A DNA stretch of 64,000 bases from contig OZ038378.1 in assembly GCA_964036045.1 (NCBI GenBank), forward strand, positions 143,592,001 to 143,656,000, in the 5' to 3' direction. Both the position numbers and the translations under genes were made by a program. The notes below the pieces were generated by a model, which ran no database searches, had not been told where the DNA came from, and saw only the letters and a program-made list of their open reading frames with translations. Of the stretch, positions 12,704-24,202 are shown one piece after another (the first letter of the stretch is position 1; every line of letters begins with the position of its first letter). This stretch comes from Eutreptiella sp. 'Long Island Sound 2002'. Lineage: Eukaryota > Protista > Euglenida.

Positions 12704-14117
12704 GTGGACTTCCATTCTCATGCCTGGGCACGACTGCGATTGTGCTGTTTTCCAAGATCGCCAAAATGTCTCTTTTTCGTTTTGTAAAGGGTCTGGCGGG
12801 CTTTTGTGCGTCTCATCCACCAACATTGTTCGCTTAGCACTGGGATGTTGCTGAGGGACAGGAGCTTCAAAGGAATCTGGCCGCTGATTAGTTGACTAAG
12901 AGGCGCGCCTCCACTTTGAGCCGTTGGAAGGCACCAGTTTTGGGGAAATTACTTGTTTTTTTTATTTTTTTAGAAAGGAGACACTTACTGAGGCAAATGA
13001 CATTTGCCCCCCGGTGTCAAGGTTCCTGCAAACTCGGCACAGCAGGCAAGTGAGCTGCACAAGGACCCCCAAATTGTATTCATTGACCGAAATGCTGCTG
13101 CAACGCGCGACGGAATGTGTTGATTGCTGCTGCCCCTCGGTCCTGCATTGTGATTGCAGAGATAATGGCTGACATCCCTGTCAAGCGTTGTTGACTCCCG
13201 GGGTCCGTGAAATGGCCTATTTTCAAGGGTTTCGGGACTTTGGTGGGCCAAAACGAGTCAACGCTGGCGTAAGACGGGCCAGATATCAAACGTTCGTTGC
13301 GGCTCTGGCCCGGAAGGAACGTTAGAAGAAGCCACGCGTGACCCATGTTGAGCCACTGGGCCAATGCCCCCCGTGTTCATGCCCCACCCTCGTGTAGCGG
13401 TGCAACTCGACCAGACGATGGATGTGTTGATGGCTCAACGTGACAATCCCGACGAAAGATGTGCCATGAACTACTACCCCCCTTTGCGCATGCACAGCCT
13501 TGTCTAAACACGGGGTGGGCGTTGAACCGCCGGTTTGAGGAAATTATGCGACCGCTGTTTTGTGGTCCAGAATGGAGGATTGGGTGTTTGTAGAGCGTTT
13601 GTACAGGGAAAGAGGGGCTCAGTCATGTCTGTGATGGTGCATTCTGTTCATGACAACATCGTACCACACATTACAACCCCATGCTGCTTGTTCTGAGGTG
13701 ATTTTCAGTCATGGCTAACAATGTTATTCCCGGTCTGGCTGTCACATGTGTCACGCGCATGCACGGCCTTGTCTAAGCACGGGGTGGGCGTTGAACCGCC
13801 GTTTTGACCTGACTTCTGGGACCGCGGCCGTGCTTGCGCAAGGGGGGGGGGTATGATTGTGGTTCATGCTGTGCATTTGAAAACCCCATTTGCATTGCGC
13901 TGTTCACACAACCGGACTGCACGACATCACACCCCCACCACCGTTGCGAGGCCTTGATGGCATCTGGCTGCAATGCTTCCACCGCAGGTCACGCCCTTGG
14001 GGATCCCCATTCGCTGTGGCTGGAGTTTGAGGTCTCGGTTTTAGCACCAGCCTCTGCAGGAGACAAGGGCACATGCATACCTCCCCTGGTCCCCGTGCCT
14101 TGCCCCCCGCCCCCCCC

Positions 14118-14376
14118 CCCCCCTGTGCCCTTGTTTGTCACGTACATTGCCCCTCTCCCAAACGGGCCAAGAAACATTTGATAGCCGCGGACTGCGGTGA
14201 GCTCAAGGCAACATTCGGCCCTCGTTTGAGGTGTACTGCAAAGCAGAAGGTCAAACATTGAACTGAATTTTGTGGTGATGACCATATGCCTGTGACACGG
14301 GCGCATAGATGAGCTCTGTATCCGATACACACACAGAGAGAGGGGCGATGTACATGACAAACAAGGGCACAGGGGC
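14118..14376. mobile_element. MITE-like element of about 260 bp in the RAP-gene intron
   Basis: Inverted repeats of about 38 bp (CCCCTGTGCCCTTGTTTGTCAcGTACATtGCCCCTCTC / reverse complement) with 2 mismatches. Confidence 0.6.
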
Positions 14377-14672
14377 CACAAAGCAACGGCACATCCCCTC
14401 AACTCTGCCACGGAAGGAAAGACGTCGAGGGCTGCTCTACGGCTCCTCCATTGGCACTCTGCAGTGTGTTTGGTGCTGTTGTTGGCATTCTGTCCGGAAG
14501 CTCCACGTGCAGTGCCCCCCCCCCCCCCCTCTCTCCTTTAGCCTAGGCCCAAGGGTCATGTTACTCGCTCAGGGACGCCAGGGTACCTGAGGGAGGAGGA
14601 AGGGGGGCGGGTCCCCTTCGTACTGCTCACACTGAGTACCCTATGCTCTTCATCCACACGCCGTAAACGCAG

Positions 14673-15134
14673 GTCCTGCTGCACGTGCGACTGCACGCCC
14701 GGGAGCTGCCCCTCAGCAACAAGCTGCTGCCACACATCCGCCCTCTCGTGGAGCGCTGTGCCCAGTCGTTCGCCGAGAACTCACGGCGGGTCTCCCCTTC
14801 GCAGCTGCAGCGCTCCGTGGCCGCGGGGCTGCAGCGGCTCGGGGTCGCATTCCGTGAGGAGGTGGTGCTGGAGGACGCCGGGGGATACAGCGTGGACATG
14901 CTGCTGCCGGAGGCGCGGGTGGCGATCGAGGTGGATGGTCCCTCGCACTTTGTGAAGGGCGCCGACGGCCTTTTGCCGTCGGGGCCTACGCTGCTGAAGC
15001 GCCGGCAGCTGGAGGCCTTTGGGTACCGCGTTGTGTCGGTGCCGTTTTGGGAGTGGGGGGCACTTCGGTCTGAGGGCGATGAAGCGGCGTATCTGCAGCA
15101 GCGGGGCTTTGGGAATGGCGAGAGTTTGGGATAG
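14673..15134 (+). CDS. Exon 2 (RAP domain) of the same gene
   Basis: AG acceptor at 14671-72. The phase-0 join gives QLHQ|VLLH. RAP motifs YSVDML, IEVDGPSHF, GPTLLKRRQL, GYRVVSVPFWEW; TAG at 15132-34. The intron 12704-14672 is GT-AG. Confidence 0.9.
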   Translation, partial: VLLHVRLHARELPLSNKLLPHIRPLVERCAQSFAENSRRVSPSQLQRSVAAGLQRLGVAFREEVVLEDAGGYSVDMLLPEARVAIEVDGPSHFVKGADGLLPSGPTLLKRRQLEAFGYRVVSVPFWEWGALRSEGDEAAYLQQRGFGNGESLG

Positions 15135-15299
15135 CCCACGGCGCACCTTGTGGGCTGGGGATGTGCCATGGAGCACGGGAGCGGTGGCACGTTGCAAGGG
15201 GTGTCCAATGTGTGTGAGCTGTCATACACAGGAGGTTTTTTAGGGGACAAGTTCAATTTTTTTTAGTTGAAAAACCTGGTCTTGGCCTGGTAGCATTTT

Positions 15300-15656
15300 G
15301 TCTCCAACCGCCGTCGGTTACCCTCCAACCGCCATCAGTTATTGTCCAACCGCCGTCCGTTACTCTCCAACCGCCGTCAGTTACCGTCCAACCGCCGTCG
15401 CTTACTCTCCAACCGCCGTCGGTTACTCTCCAACCGCCGTCAGTTACCCTCCAACCGCCGTCGCTTACTCTCCAACCGCCGTCGGTTACTCTCCAACCGC
15501 CGTCAGTTACCCTCCATCCGCGGTCAGTTGCCCTCCAGCCGCCGTCGGTTACTCTCCATCCGCCGTCAGCTACCCTCCAGCCGCCGTCGGTTGCACTCCA
15601 ACCGCCGTCGGTTGCACTCCAACCGCCGTCGGTTGCACTCTAACCGCCGTCGGTAA
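15300..15656. repeat. 21-bp minisatellite (CTCCAACCGCCGTCGGTTACT-like), about 17 copies
   Basis: Direct reading. Related units occur at about 53622-53686, so this is a dispersed family. Confidence 0.9.
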
Positions 15657-17066
15657 ACCCTTTAGTGCCATCGGTTGGAGCTGTGCAGAGTTTGCTGACC
15701 ACCAGACACACCAGCTTTTTCTTCTTTGAATTAAAAGACCCCCTGGTCATACCTTTCCAAGTTTGCTTTCTAACGGCTACGGCTGTAGTGTCCGCACGGC
15801 GATTGGCGCTGAACCGACGGCGGCTGCCGCTCATCCGACGTGCCTCCTGGCGAACGCCTTTGTTTTTTTTTCCGGACTTTGGGGATGTTTGCCTCGCATC
15901 CATTTGAATGTCCAGAACCCGAGACGACAGGCCCCCCCTGGGGCCCGACCCCTGCTTCTCCGCACGCCGTGCCAACCCGCCCCCCCACCCCCGAGTCGGC
16001 GAGGGGCCCAACGAGTCGGTGAAATTTGGCGAAGTTGCCAGAAAAAAAACAAAATTGTGGGTGCAGCACTGATTTGAGGAGTGCCATGCAAAATGGAATG
16101 ATAACTACACGGCGAACCCCGCAGAATCGGCTTTATGCAAAATGGCATGATACCTGCACAGCCCACGCCGCGTCCTGGGCCTTGGTTTGTGCCGACCTCG
16201 ACAAGTGTGACCCCGCCCTCCACGTCGGGTAACACACGTCGCCGACTTGTTGGCCGACTCGTTGGCCGCCGGGTTTGCCGACTCGGGGGGAGGGGGGGGG
16301 GGGCGTCCCCCCTCATTGAGCGGGTCCGGCCCAAACCGCGCCAAAATGGGAACAACCGTACAATTATGTCAGAAGAAGTGGCCTCCGCCAGACCCGGAGG
16401 ATGTCCCCTGTCCTGTCCGGGGGGGGGGGGGGGGCTGACTGAGACGGGGCACAGGGTGTTCCTTGACCACGGTGTTGGGCTCACGCAGGAGCAAGGGCGG
16501 CGGTGCCCCCCCCCCCCTCGTGGAAGGGGGGCAGGTATGAAACATGGCCACGAGGATTTGACAGCCCGTCACAAGGGGGGAAGCGGATGTTCATGGGGAG
16601 GCGCGGTGTTTGGATGGGAGGGCCTGTGGACGCGGACGCAAACACCCCGTTTCTATGCCATTGAATGCGGTTTATGGGCCGCACACAAAAACGGGGTATC
16701 GGCCCTGCGGCCCAGGGGAGCACATTTTGGACTCCATTTGGAGAGAGGGGCAATCCCCTCGGGCCGATGATAATGCCTGTCTTTACCAAGTTTGCAGAAA
16801 GGGGACCGCATGGGTATGTCCCACATGTGTGACTGTACTTGTACCATTGATGTCTTCGAGTGCTTTCCTGATAAGGTTGTGTTCTTCAACATTGCCCTTA
16901 AATGTCTCAGCGCATTGAGCCCATGAGCTACACGAGTCCATTGAGCCCACATTCAAAGACATTCTAGACATTCAAGTTGGGCTGCTCCACGACGTTTGTT
17001 ACTCAGCTGTTGGCCCTTGCATGTGGTGGTTTGAGTGGTCGGTGCTTCTTGGGGTCGGTTTTGGTA

Positions 17067-17170
17067 CCCCCCCCCCCCCCGTGTCCAACGAACACTGTGT
17101 CCAACGAACACTACCCGTTCGAACCGTATTTTTTGTGTACATAATTATTCGTTGGACACGGGCGGGGGGG
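17067..17170. mobile_element. 104-bp MITE with poly-C/poly-G-capped TIRs, flanked by TA
   Basis: TA-C14-GTGTCCAACGAA ... TTCGTTGGACAC-GGGCG7-TA. Relatives occur at about 45168-45362 and about 42403. Confidence 0.75.
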
Positions 17171-19713
17171 TACACTATCCCTGTGCTTGTGCTGTGTGCA
17201 AACGCCCCCGATGCAATCGTGTCCTTAATCTTAAAGCTGCAAAAGGATTTTGCAAGATTGCAGGGAAATAGAGTGACACAATGACAACAACTCTGACGGT
17301 GACACAATGACAGCATGTTTCACTCGAAGCAGTCAGACACCCCCTTCATAAACGCGCAGAACACCTACCTACCAATCACCATTAAAGCATGTTTCATGTT
17401 GAAGGCAAATGCCAAACACAACGAGGATTGATGGTTCAAAAGAAAAAGAAAACGTACCAAGCGGTTCCCCTCAGCCTGGATCATTCAGGTGCCGGTATGG
17501 TGCATCCTTGCCTCCCCCCAGCTCCTGCACACAGCACTCTGTGAACAAGACCCAGAACACTTGCATGCACACGCGATGCGCGAATGTCAGCGAGTGTGAA
17601 TGACGAAAGGCAAATCAGCAGCACATTGCCAATGGCATGGCCATGCACATAGCTCCCTCACATGCACACGGGGTTGTGATCATTCATGATGCCGACGTCC
17701 GTTTTCATGTGGGTGCCCGTCTGTGTGTGTCGGTTTGCGTTTTGGGTTGCGTCCGTTTGCGTCTGTTTTCGTTGCCGGGTGCGTCCGCTTGCTCCCATTT
17801 TAAAGTCTGGGGGATGCAGTTTTGTGTCGTTATGGGTGTGTTTGCCTTGTCGTTGTTGCTGAAATAATTGTCGGTGACAAAGAGTGTCCTGGACTGACAT
17901 GATACCCCCGCTGATGGTTGAGCGGATAGTAGGAAATGTAAACAGCAGGTGGTTTACATTTCCGGGAACCAGTAGTCCGTTTTCTTCGTCCTCTTCGTCA
18001 TGGACCACATCCTCAAAGGTAATATGGCGACTGACGACATTCTTTTTCCAGTGGTTTTGAAGCACCGTGTATCGGCAGCGTCGTGATGGTGAGCTCTTCA
18101 ATCCTTGGTGGTCCACAAGTGTGCAATGTACATTGTAGGTGTCTCCGGGTACGTTGTACACTGCTGCAGCTGTTAGCCATATTGCGAATCATGGTTTGTT
18201 TGAGTGGAAGGCCGAGGACAAATGTACACACTTGGGAGCGTGTGCCAGCTGCAGACCCAACCGGGGAAACTCCTCATGTGATGAGCTGCTTAGTCGTGGT
18301 ACAAGGATGAAGCAGTGGCTGCTTGTACAAGAGGTTCCATGCAGCCTCCTGAAAATGAAGCTTCTTCGTCCACATCTGCTGTGCAACAATCTACGGCAGA
18401 TTCAGCTCAGTAACACCCACGAAAACTCCTTCCCAGCCATCAACACAAACACCGACATCTAGTGGCACAGCATCATCATCGCCCAAAAAACTCCCCTGCA
18501 TCGCAAGCAAGACCATAAAGACAGAAGATTTGATGGCACAATGATTTGTGGTATTCAGCGGGCAGGCGTCTGTGTGCATCTGTTGGCATCCGTGTTGGGT
18601 GTCCGTTTGCATCTGTTTTAAATTGTGGGGGAGTGTGCTAGCTGGCTAGCATCATGTATGGTTGTAATGTTAACGCTTTCCTTCACACATTGATGCTGAC
18701 ACTTTTTGCACAGTATGCCTTTCGGGTGTGGTCACTTGGGCTGATGAAAGCAGAAGCCCAGTCACCACACCTGCCTGTACCTTATTTGTGCTGCTCTCTC
18801 TGCACATTTCGCAGTCTGCACTCTGCAGTCCTGCGCACGCTGCACTTTGCACGCTGCGCACTGTACACTCTGCACTCCGATCCCGCAACAAAGGACGGCG
18901 CCTTCACGTCCGCCCCCCCCCCCCTCCGAGCCATCCAGATGCCACCAGGAATGAACAACAACCACGCAGATGCCCCCCCCCCCCATAACCATCCACATGC
19001 AACCAGAAATTGAAGGCAACCATCCAGTTGCCACCATGAACCAGCAACAAGCACCCAGACGCCACTTGTAATTTACAGGACCCATGCCCAAGAACACTTG
19101 TATGGGCTACAACACCCCTGAAAAGGCAGCACGCAGGAAACTTCCCATGCGATTACACTTTCTGATGGCACCCCATGTGGACTTTCACCGATGTACACCT
19201 TCAATACCCCTGTTGCATCACACCATTCAGCGTGTTGGTAAGATTGTTGGATCTTGTACTTCCAGGTGGGAAATGTTCAAAAAATGATCAGGTCACCCAT
19301 TTTGTTCCAAGCCCCCCCCCCCCCCCACCGGACAATGGACAATGAACAATGAAGTGAGAGTGGTGACGATGACCATATGCCTGTGTCACGGGGGTGTATG
19401 CGAGTCCTGTATCCGTTGCTCGTGGCCCCGGACAATGGACATGGAGCTGTCGCTTTTGTCGGTTTTCATGAGAGCTGTGGTGAAACATTGTATCCCTAAG
19501 TGCAAGGTTTATGTCTGACCGGCCCCGATGGGAGGGGGTTGCGCTGACCCAGACGACAGCCCATGCAACATTCGTTAGCCGTAGTGTACGGCGAACTCAA
19601 GGCAACATTCGGCACTGCTCTGGTTTGCGCTGCAGTGCAGCAAGTCAAAACAGTGGACTGAGATTCATAGCTATGACCCTCCTTTGTTGCCGTCCCACAG
19701 ACCGTTTTCTCAG

Positions 19714-20530
19714 GGCTGCGCATTTCCTTGTGGCCGACATGCTGCAGCAAACGGGCCGCGTCAACGGAGCCCACGAGCACCGGTTCCTGGAGCAGTGGTA
19801 CAGCATGGAGCTGCGGAACTCCTACAAGGGCACGGCGCAGGGGGAGGGGGATTCGGCCATGCGGATCATCGCGGGCGAGCCCAAGCCTTGCCACCTCCCC
19901 AAACTTCCGGAGACCCCGGGCTCCGGCCCCCCGAGCGAAGTGCCGGAGAGCTCCGTGTGCAGCCGGCAGACCAGCCACTGCAGCAGCGCCCGGCGCCGCC
20001 GGAAGCACCGCCGGCACCGCCGGCACGCGGACGGCGACCCCGCGGGCTCCGAGGTGGCCACGCAGGTGACCGCCGTCCATTTCGACGACCAAGCAGAGGT
20101 GATCGGGCTGCAGCAGCTGCGACACGACGACCAAGACTCGCAGCTCACCAAGACCAACTACTACTACATCAAGGAGCGCAGCCCGCGCAAGGACCCCAAA
20201 GCCCCGAAGCCGCCCTCGAGCGTCGGCGCGCCAGAGCGGCAGCGCGTCCCGAGGCCGTCGAACGCCCGGAACGTGGGGACGCAGGACCTGCCGTTCGCGC
20301 TCCCGCCCGCCAAGGGCACCAGCCCGCGGGTCAAGCACCCCTTCACGGCATCGTACACGATGACCCACAACGGCGAGCGGGTGGCCGTGTATGACATGTG
20401 GGACAAGGAATCCACCGTCGTCAAGGCCATGAGGCGCCGCCACGCGGAGAGCCCCGAGTGGCTGGGAGCGCACCTGACGATCCGGACCAACCTGAGGAAG
20501 GACCACCGGGGGGAGCCCATGTTCTCATAG
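19714..20530 (+). CDS. Probable terminal exon of an unidentified protein
   Basis: Strong GC3-rich codon usage from about 19740 to TAG 20528-30, a pyrimidine-rich TTTTCTCAG acceptor at 19713, and a basic RRRRKHRRHRRH stretch. No family recognised and no upstream exons found. Confidence 0.65.
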
Positions 20531-22593
20531 CCCCGTGTGGTCGTGCGGCGGAGGGGGACGGGTGGTCCTGGTCGCCGACCCAGTCCCACAACGATGGGGT
20601 GGTGGCGGCTGTTGTGGGGGTTCTATACCCAATGTACCCAATATACCCCAAGCGGGCCCCTAAGATGCTAGGGGTTATGGAGCCCCTTTTGATTTTTGTC
20701 TCCACTTCGGGGTCCCTCTCCACATGGCAGAGGGTCATGTGGGCGATTTGCCCACATGCGGGTCCCACTAAGGTCTCACATTACGGCGCCACTCTTGACT
20801 TGGTACGGGGGGGGGGGCGAAAAATTTAGTAGCTGAAGAAACCTGTCTGGAAAAATTTAGTACGCCCAATTCTGGCGCAATTTTCCCCATCACTTTTAAC
20901 GATTGTGGCGCAATTTTTCCCATACTTTTTTTTGGTCATCAAGTTCAAAATTTGTACCCTGTGCTGGGGAGTTACGACCAGGGTCAGTGGCTGGGCGCAA
21001 TCAGTAATTTGGATGCCACTTGCAGTGCGGGGAACTGTGTGGACCTCAGCAAACTAGACCCTCATCACACCTTTTCCTCAAGTGGTGTCCCCCTCAGTAA
21101 GGAGAGCCGACCTTAGGCCTTGCACTTCACCATGGAAAAGTGTGGCGCAATTTTTCCCACCACTTTTAACGATTGTGGCGGAATTTTTCCCACACTAAAT
21201 CCCCCCCCCCTGTACCCAATTTGCAGTGGCTTGTCGACAAGGACCCTGCCCCATGTCTGGAGTGCCGGCCCAGTGCAGGCACGCACTCAAACTTCAACTG
21301 AGCCTGTTAAGGGGTGTTTCATGGGCTTCCTTTACAATGTTCCGTCTGGGATTCACACCGGGTGTCCTTTCAGGGTGTGCTTCACGGGTCTCCTGGGGGG
21401 CACCTCAAAGGGCTCTGATTGGGGGGTCCTTCACATACCGCCTTTGAGGGGGTCCTTTGAGGGTCAGTCAGGGTCCTTCACACTACCTCTCCAATGAGGG
21501 CTGGCCTTGAAGGCACAGCATGTCCGCTGCAGGAGGTACCCCCGCCCCCTTTTTCCAAAGCAACACTGCGTGGGCCATTTGCTGGACAATTTGTGGCGGC
21601 GCCTCTGGCGCCGTATCTGTGACACCGAATTGAGAGCGTCCCCGGAGTGAGTCCGGAGGGTGATGCCCATCGTCGGTCTATGGCTAAGCGACGCACGCGG
21701 TGAGGCCACTCGCACTGAGTTGGATGCCAGAGTGACGCACTGTCGGAACGGCAGGTGACGCCCATCGTCGGTCTATGGCCCAGCAACACTCAGGCGCCCT
21801 CCGGACAGAAAGGGCAGTCCAATGTCGGTGCCTCATGGGGCCCTGCCGGACGAATGAGACGCCTGTGCCGCGTGAGACGCGCCGTGAAGGACCGTTGAGG
21901 CCAGAGCGATGCGGGAGGGGGACGCCCCTCGGCGAATCCGTGGCCCACGCCACGACCAATGCCCCAGCAGCGCCGGGCGGTGGTGCCGTCGATGTTCGCA
22001 CCGCGGATTGCGGCGGTGCGTCTTTCAATGGGTCCCACCGTGTGCCACGTGCGCTGTGTGACGCCTGGGCTCTGAGCTGCGTGATGGTCATGGTTTGTGT
22101 CAAGGAGGTGTCGAGGTGGGGCATGAGGGCCTGTGCGGCGTAGTTTGCCCCTTGGCTTTCAGAATCGTACCCCATGGCGGTCCGCATGTCCCCTGCGCAG
22201 TGTAGCGCGTAGGCAACGCCTGTGCCCAAGGAACGTCAGGCGGGGGGGTCCGTCCATTTCCGGTCGTTTACCGGTGCTTGGACAAGTGGGGGGGGGTATA
22301 GGGGGGGAGGGCCCATCACCTTTTCCAATCTTATGAACTCAGAAACCAGGTCGAATGTACAGGTCCAGTGGGTAAAGGTTAGCGTCGGCCACTGGCGTAC
22401 CGCTGCGCATCCACTGCTTTGCATCTCTGTGGCCCACCCACAGGCATCTTCGCGTCTCATGTTCTGTGACAGAAAGGTACCGATGGTCTTACAGGCCACT
22501 GACGAGCCCATTTTCTTTCTGCGCTTTTGTGCTGTTTGCCGCCAGTGCACACGTGACATAGCCCAGAGTTCCTTCGGGGGGTATAGTATTGCA

Positions 22594-23775
22594 TCACCCG
22601 TTCTCTGTGGCGCGGGCCTTTGTGTGCGACGGATGCGAGTGCCCACGGACCTTCGTGTGCGACGGATGTGAGTGCCCACGGGCCTTTGTGTGCGACGGAT
22701 GTGAGTGCCCACGGGCCTTTGTGTGCGACGGATGCGAGTGCCCACGGACCTTCGTGTGCGACGGATGTGAGTGCCCACGGGCCTTTGTGTGCGACGGATG
22801 TGAGTGCCCACGGGCCTTTGTGTGCGACGGATGTGAGTGTCCACGGGCCTTCGTGTGCGACGGATGTGAGTGCCCACGGGCCTTCGTGTGCGACGGATGC
22901 GAGTGCCCACGGGCCTTCGTGTGCGACGGATGCGAGTGCCCACGGACCTTCGTGTGCGACGGATGTGAGTGCCCACGGGCCTTTGTGTGCGACGGATGTG
23001 AGTGCCCACGGGCCTTTGTGTGCGACGGATGTGAGTGCCCACGGGCCTTTGTGTGCGACGGATGTGAGTGCCCACGGGCCTTCGTGTGCGACGGATGTGA
23101 GTGCCCACGGGCCTTCGTGTGCGACGGATGCGAGTGCCCACGGGCCTTCGTGTGCGACGGATGCGAGTGCCCACGGGCCTTCGTGTGCGACGGATGCGAG
23201 TGCCCACGGACCTTCGTGTGCGACGGATGTGAGTGTCCACGGGCCTTCGTGTGTGACGGATGTGAGTGCCCACGGGCCTTTGTGTGCGACGGATGTGAGT
23301 GTCCACGGGCCTTCGTGTGCGACGGATGCGAGTGCCCACGGGCCTTCGTGTGCGACGGATGCGAGTGCCCACGGGCCTTCGTGTGCGACGGATGCGAGTG
23401 CCCACGGGCCTTCGTGTGCGACGGATGTGAGTGCCCACGGGCCTTCGTGTGCGACGGATGCGAGTGCCCACGGGCCTTCGTGTGTGACGGATGTGAGTGC
23501 CCACGGGCCTTCGTGTGCGACGGATGTGAGTGCCCACGGGCCTTCGTGTGCGACGGATGCAAGTGCCCACGGGCCTTCGTGTGCGACGGATGCGAGTGCC
23601 CACGGGCCTTCGTGTGTGACGGATGTGAGTGCCCACGGGCCTTCGTGTGCGACGGATGCGAGTGCCCACGGGCCTTCGTGTGCGACGGATGTGAGTGCCC
23701 ACGGGCCTTTGTGTGCGACGGATGCGAGTGCCCAAGGGCCTTTGTGTGCGACGGATGCGAGTGCCCAAGGGCCAT
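22594..23775 (-). CDS. Candidate His/Ser-rich repeat protein (35 x GHSHPSHTKAR), 393 aa
   Basis: ATG at 23775-73 directly precedes the first unit and TGA at 22596-94 follows the last. Most unit variants are synonymous in this frame. It could equally be a non-coding satellite. Confidence 0.3.
   Translation of the reverse strand: MALGHSHPSHTKALGHSHPSHTKARGHSHPSHTKARGHSHPSHTKARGHSHPSHTKARGHSHPSHTKARGHLHPSHTKARGHSHPSHTKARGHSHPSHTKARGHSHPSHTKARGHSHPSHTKARGHSHPSHTKARGHSHPSHTKARGHSHPSHTKARGHSHPSHTKARGHSHPSHTKARGHSHPSHTKVRGHSHPSHTKARGHSHPSHTKARGHSHPSHTKARGHSHPSHTKARGHSHPSHTKARGHSHPSHTKARGHSHPSHTKARGHSHPSHTKVRGHSHPSHTKARGHSHPSHTKARGHSHPSHTKARGHSHPSHTKARGHSHPSHTKARGHSHPSHTKVRGHSHPSHTKARGHSHPSHTKARGHSHPSHTKVRGHSHPSHTKARATENG
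22612..23771. repeat. 33-bp minisatellite, about 35 copies (GTGTGCGACGGATGyGAGTGCCCACGGrCCTTy)
   Basis: Direct reading. Open in four of six frames: FVCDGCECPRA and CATDVSAHGPS on +, GHSHPSHTKAR and THIRRTRRPVG on -. Confidence 0.95.
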
Positions 23776-24202
23776 TGCCGGGTCATGTCGCTCGCTCGCT
23801 CGCTCACCCCGGGGCACGCCGCGTGTGCAGGCCCCCGCCTCGGCCAGACCACAGCGGGCGTTGTCTGCACCCGACGGAGTTTGGGGCCCATGCCTTTAGA
23901 CTAATTCAAACCCAAAGGGAGGGGGGGAGGGGGGCTCCCCCAAACCCCCTCCCCCCCTCCCGTCCAGACCAAAGGGGCCATAGCGGGAAATGTACCGTCG
24001 GGAAAATCTGGTCGGGCCATTTTTGGTACACAAACGTTTGGGTCCCAGACCCCCTCCCTCCCTCCCCCTCCCCCCACTCAAAAGCCGCCCTGGGCCCACG
24101 TTGGGGCCGGACTGGGAAGGGCCATGGGGGGTCCTGCCGCCCACCGCCCACGCGGCGGTGGCACAACGGCGGTGCGGGACTGCCCGCGGGCCCGCCCATC
24201 GC

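Noticed and set aside
12704-14672. Nonconventional (non GT-AG) intron
   Set aside because: All three introns I could resolve have GT-AG ends with consistent phase.
15298-15729. SPTAVGY repeat protein
   Set aside because: Dispersed 21-bp satellite just downstream of the RAP gene, with related copies at about 53620; no ATG start and open in several frames.
17658-18161. Minus-strand VVSRHITFE resembling the copia SRDVxF motif
   Set aside because: A single short motif with no integrase or RT motifs nearby.
21684-22229. Minus-strand 181-aa ORF
   Set aside because: Partly protein-like but it runs into interspersed repeats, and no motif or convincing splice sites were found.
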